Shown: positions 62,522-64,000 of the stretch, piece after piece
Numbering within the stretch: the first letter of the stretch is position 1
Layout: the number at the start of each line of letters is the position of its first letter
Virus record (IMG/VR): IMGVR_UViG_3300042402_003952
DNA from: a virus
Taxonomy: Duplodnaviria; Caudoviricetes
DNA: 64,000 bases
Direction: 5' to 3' (one strand)
The notes under the pieces: model-generated
The model's database searches: none
Seen by the model: only the letters and a program-made list of their open reading frames with translations
Told to the model about the DNA's origin: nothing
Translations under genes and position numbers: made by a program

Positions 62522-63796
62522 ATGGGTATTCAAATAAACGGAACTACCGATACTATTTCTGCAACTGATGGTGGTTTGGTTGTTTCTGGACAACAACTGA
62601 CTGGAGTAACCAATCTTCAGATTAGTGGTATTACTACAGTTGGTGCTGGATCAACTAGTGCTCCATCAATAACTCCAACAGGAGACAGTAATACCGGAAT
62701 ATTCTTTCCTACTGCTGATACCATTGCATTTGTTGAAGGTGGCGTAGAGTCCGCAAGGTTTGATAGTAATGGTAGATTTGGCTTGGGAACTTCTGCGCCT
62801 AGCGCAACCTTGGATGTTGTCGCCCCTGCTGGACCTGGTGCCACAAACTTCCGATTTGCTGCTCCAGACAACCACATTCTTAGCTTGCAACGCATTGCTC
62901 CTGCTGCAAGCCCAGGTAATTTAAATTTCCAAGTGTCTACGTTTGGCGCTGGAAATATCAATGCCGATAACACTCTGACACTTCAATCTGGCACTAATAC
63001 TTCGATTGTTTTTAATACCTCTGGAGCAAACGAACGCGCCCGCCTCGACAGCTCCGGCAGATTGTTGGTTGGCGCATCTTCGAGTCGTGCTGTTTCAGAC
63101 TCTTCAGGAAACGGTCCTCAAGGGCACATACAAATCGAATCTGCAAATAGTGGCGCACTAATAAGCATCATCTCGGCTGGCACGGCTGATGCTTTCCGCG
63201 CTGGAACTTTAAGTCTCGGACGACACAGAAACTCCACAGTAGGCGGCACACCAACAGTAGTTCAAAGCGGAGATACTTTGGGCGCTATTTGCTTTGCGGG
63301 CGGAGATGGAACCGACATGCTCGCAAATGGCGCGTCTATTGTTTGCCAGGTAGACGGCACCCCCGGCGCTGACGACATGCCGGGCAGGCTTGTTTTTTCT
63401 ACGACGGCCGACGGAGCAAGTCTTCCTACAGAGCGGATGAGAATCGCTCAAAATGGTGTTATTACTATTCAAAATGGTGCTGTTGCTGTTATTGGTACAT
63501 TGACTGATGGCGCAACAATTACACCAGATTTTGCTGCAGATTGTAATTTCACCGTTACGTTGGGTGGATCACGTACAATTGCTAATCCAACCAACATTAC
63601 CGCCGGACAAAGTGGTAGTATTTTTATTGTCCAAGATGGAACAGGAAGTCGAACGTTGTCTTGGGGTAGTTCCTGGGATTTCCCTGGCGGCACTGCACCA
63701 ACCTTAACGACAACTGCTAATGCTGTAGATCGTGTCGATTATGTTGTTCGCACCTCTACTTCTATCCATACCGTTTTTACTGCAAACTACTCATGA
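62522..63796 (+). CDS. tail fibre protein
   Basis: Repeated E(S/R)(A/M)R(F/L/I)DS.GR units; Gly/Thr-rich; C-terminal TLTTTANAVDRVDY domain. Confidence 0.75.
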   Translation: MGIQINGTTDTISATDGGLVVSGQQLTGVTNLQISGITTVGAGSTSAPSITPTGDSNTGIFFPTADTIAFVEGGVESARFDSNGRFGLGTSAPSATLDVVAPAGPGATNFRFAAPDNHILSLQRIAPAASPGNLNFQVSTFGAGNINADNTLTLQSGTNTSIVFNTSGANERARLDSSGRLLVGASSSRAVSDSSGNGPQGHIQIESANSGALISIISAGTADAFRAGTLSLGRHRNSTVGGTPTVVQSGDTLGAICFAGGDGTDMLANGASIVCQVDGTPGADDMPGRLVFSTTADGASLPTERMRIAQNGVITIQNGAVAVIGTLTDGATITPDFAADCNFTVTLGGSRTIANPTNITAGQSGSIFIVQDGTGSRTLSWGSSWDFPGGTAPTLTTTANAVDRVDYVVRTSTSIHTVFTANYS

Positions 63797-64000
63797 GTAT
63801 CTTTCATAACAACAGTCTTATTGGATCCAGTGGTCAAGGTGGATATACTATTTCTAGAAGCCTGCGGTTCAACTCAGCCGACTCGGCTTTTCTCAGCCGC
63901 ACCCCCGCATCAGCCGGCAACCGCAAGACGTGGACCTGGGCGGGGTGGATGAAGCGGTCCAGCTTTGCCACCTTTCAGATGATTTTCCAGGCTGGAAACG
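63793..64000 (+). CDS. tail-fibre-associated LamG/concanavalin-like protein (5' partial)
   Basis: MSIFHNNSLIGSSGQGGYTISRSLRFNSADSAFLSRTPASAGNRKTWTWAGWMKRS; runs off the window. Confidence 0.7.
   Translation, partial: MSIFHNNSLIGSSGQGGYTISRSLRFNSADSAFLSRTPASAGNRKTWTWAGWMKRSSFATFQMIFQAGN

Noticed and set aside
1-64000. CRISPR array or stop-codon reassignment
   Set aside because: No repeat-spacer array was seen. Conserved genes end normally at TAA, TAG or TGA with no internal stops, and no suppressor-anticodon tRNA was found.

Overview
This AT-rich window comes from a T4-like cyanomyovirus, probably a freshwater picocyanobacterial phage. From left to right it contains: (1) an rlpA region with a structured 5' leader; (2) a translation island at about 2.3-7.1 kb with 22 tRNAs, one tRNA-like RNA, a circularly permuted two-piece tmRNA, two HNH genes, Dps and an orphan antitoxin-like gene; (3) a surface-polysaccharide cluster of about 11.5 kb followed by an SLH/OprB porin; (4) a photosynthesis/redox island with two hli genes, petF, a peroxiredoxin, a lysin locus, psbA split by three group I introns, an F-CphI-like endonuclease, psbD, talC and gnd; (5) core T4-like genes (glutaredoxin, speD, thyX, phoH, exonuclease, gp33, gp59, gp32, baseplate and tail genes, CP12); (6) a tRNA-Leu(UAA) carrying a cyanobacterial-type group I intron, tRNA-Thr, a Mom-like gene and tail-fibre genes. 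The strongest leads are a canonical A_AAA_AAG -1 frameshift with a 13-bp stem that would fuse a C39-like peptidase to an otherwise start-less GH24 lysozyme, the permuted tmRNA with an unusual tag (LNNIVSFRRTAVAV), the intron-containing tRNA-Leu, the three-intron psbA, and a probable T_TTT_TTC frameshift joining gp26 and gp51. All family assignments come from motif recognition by eye; no database searches were run.
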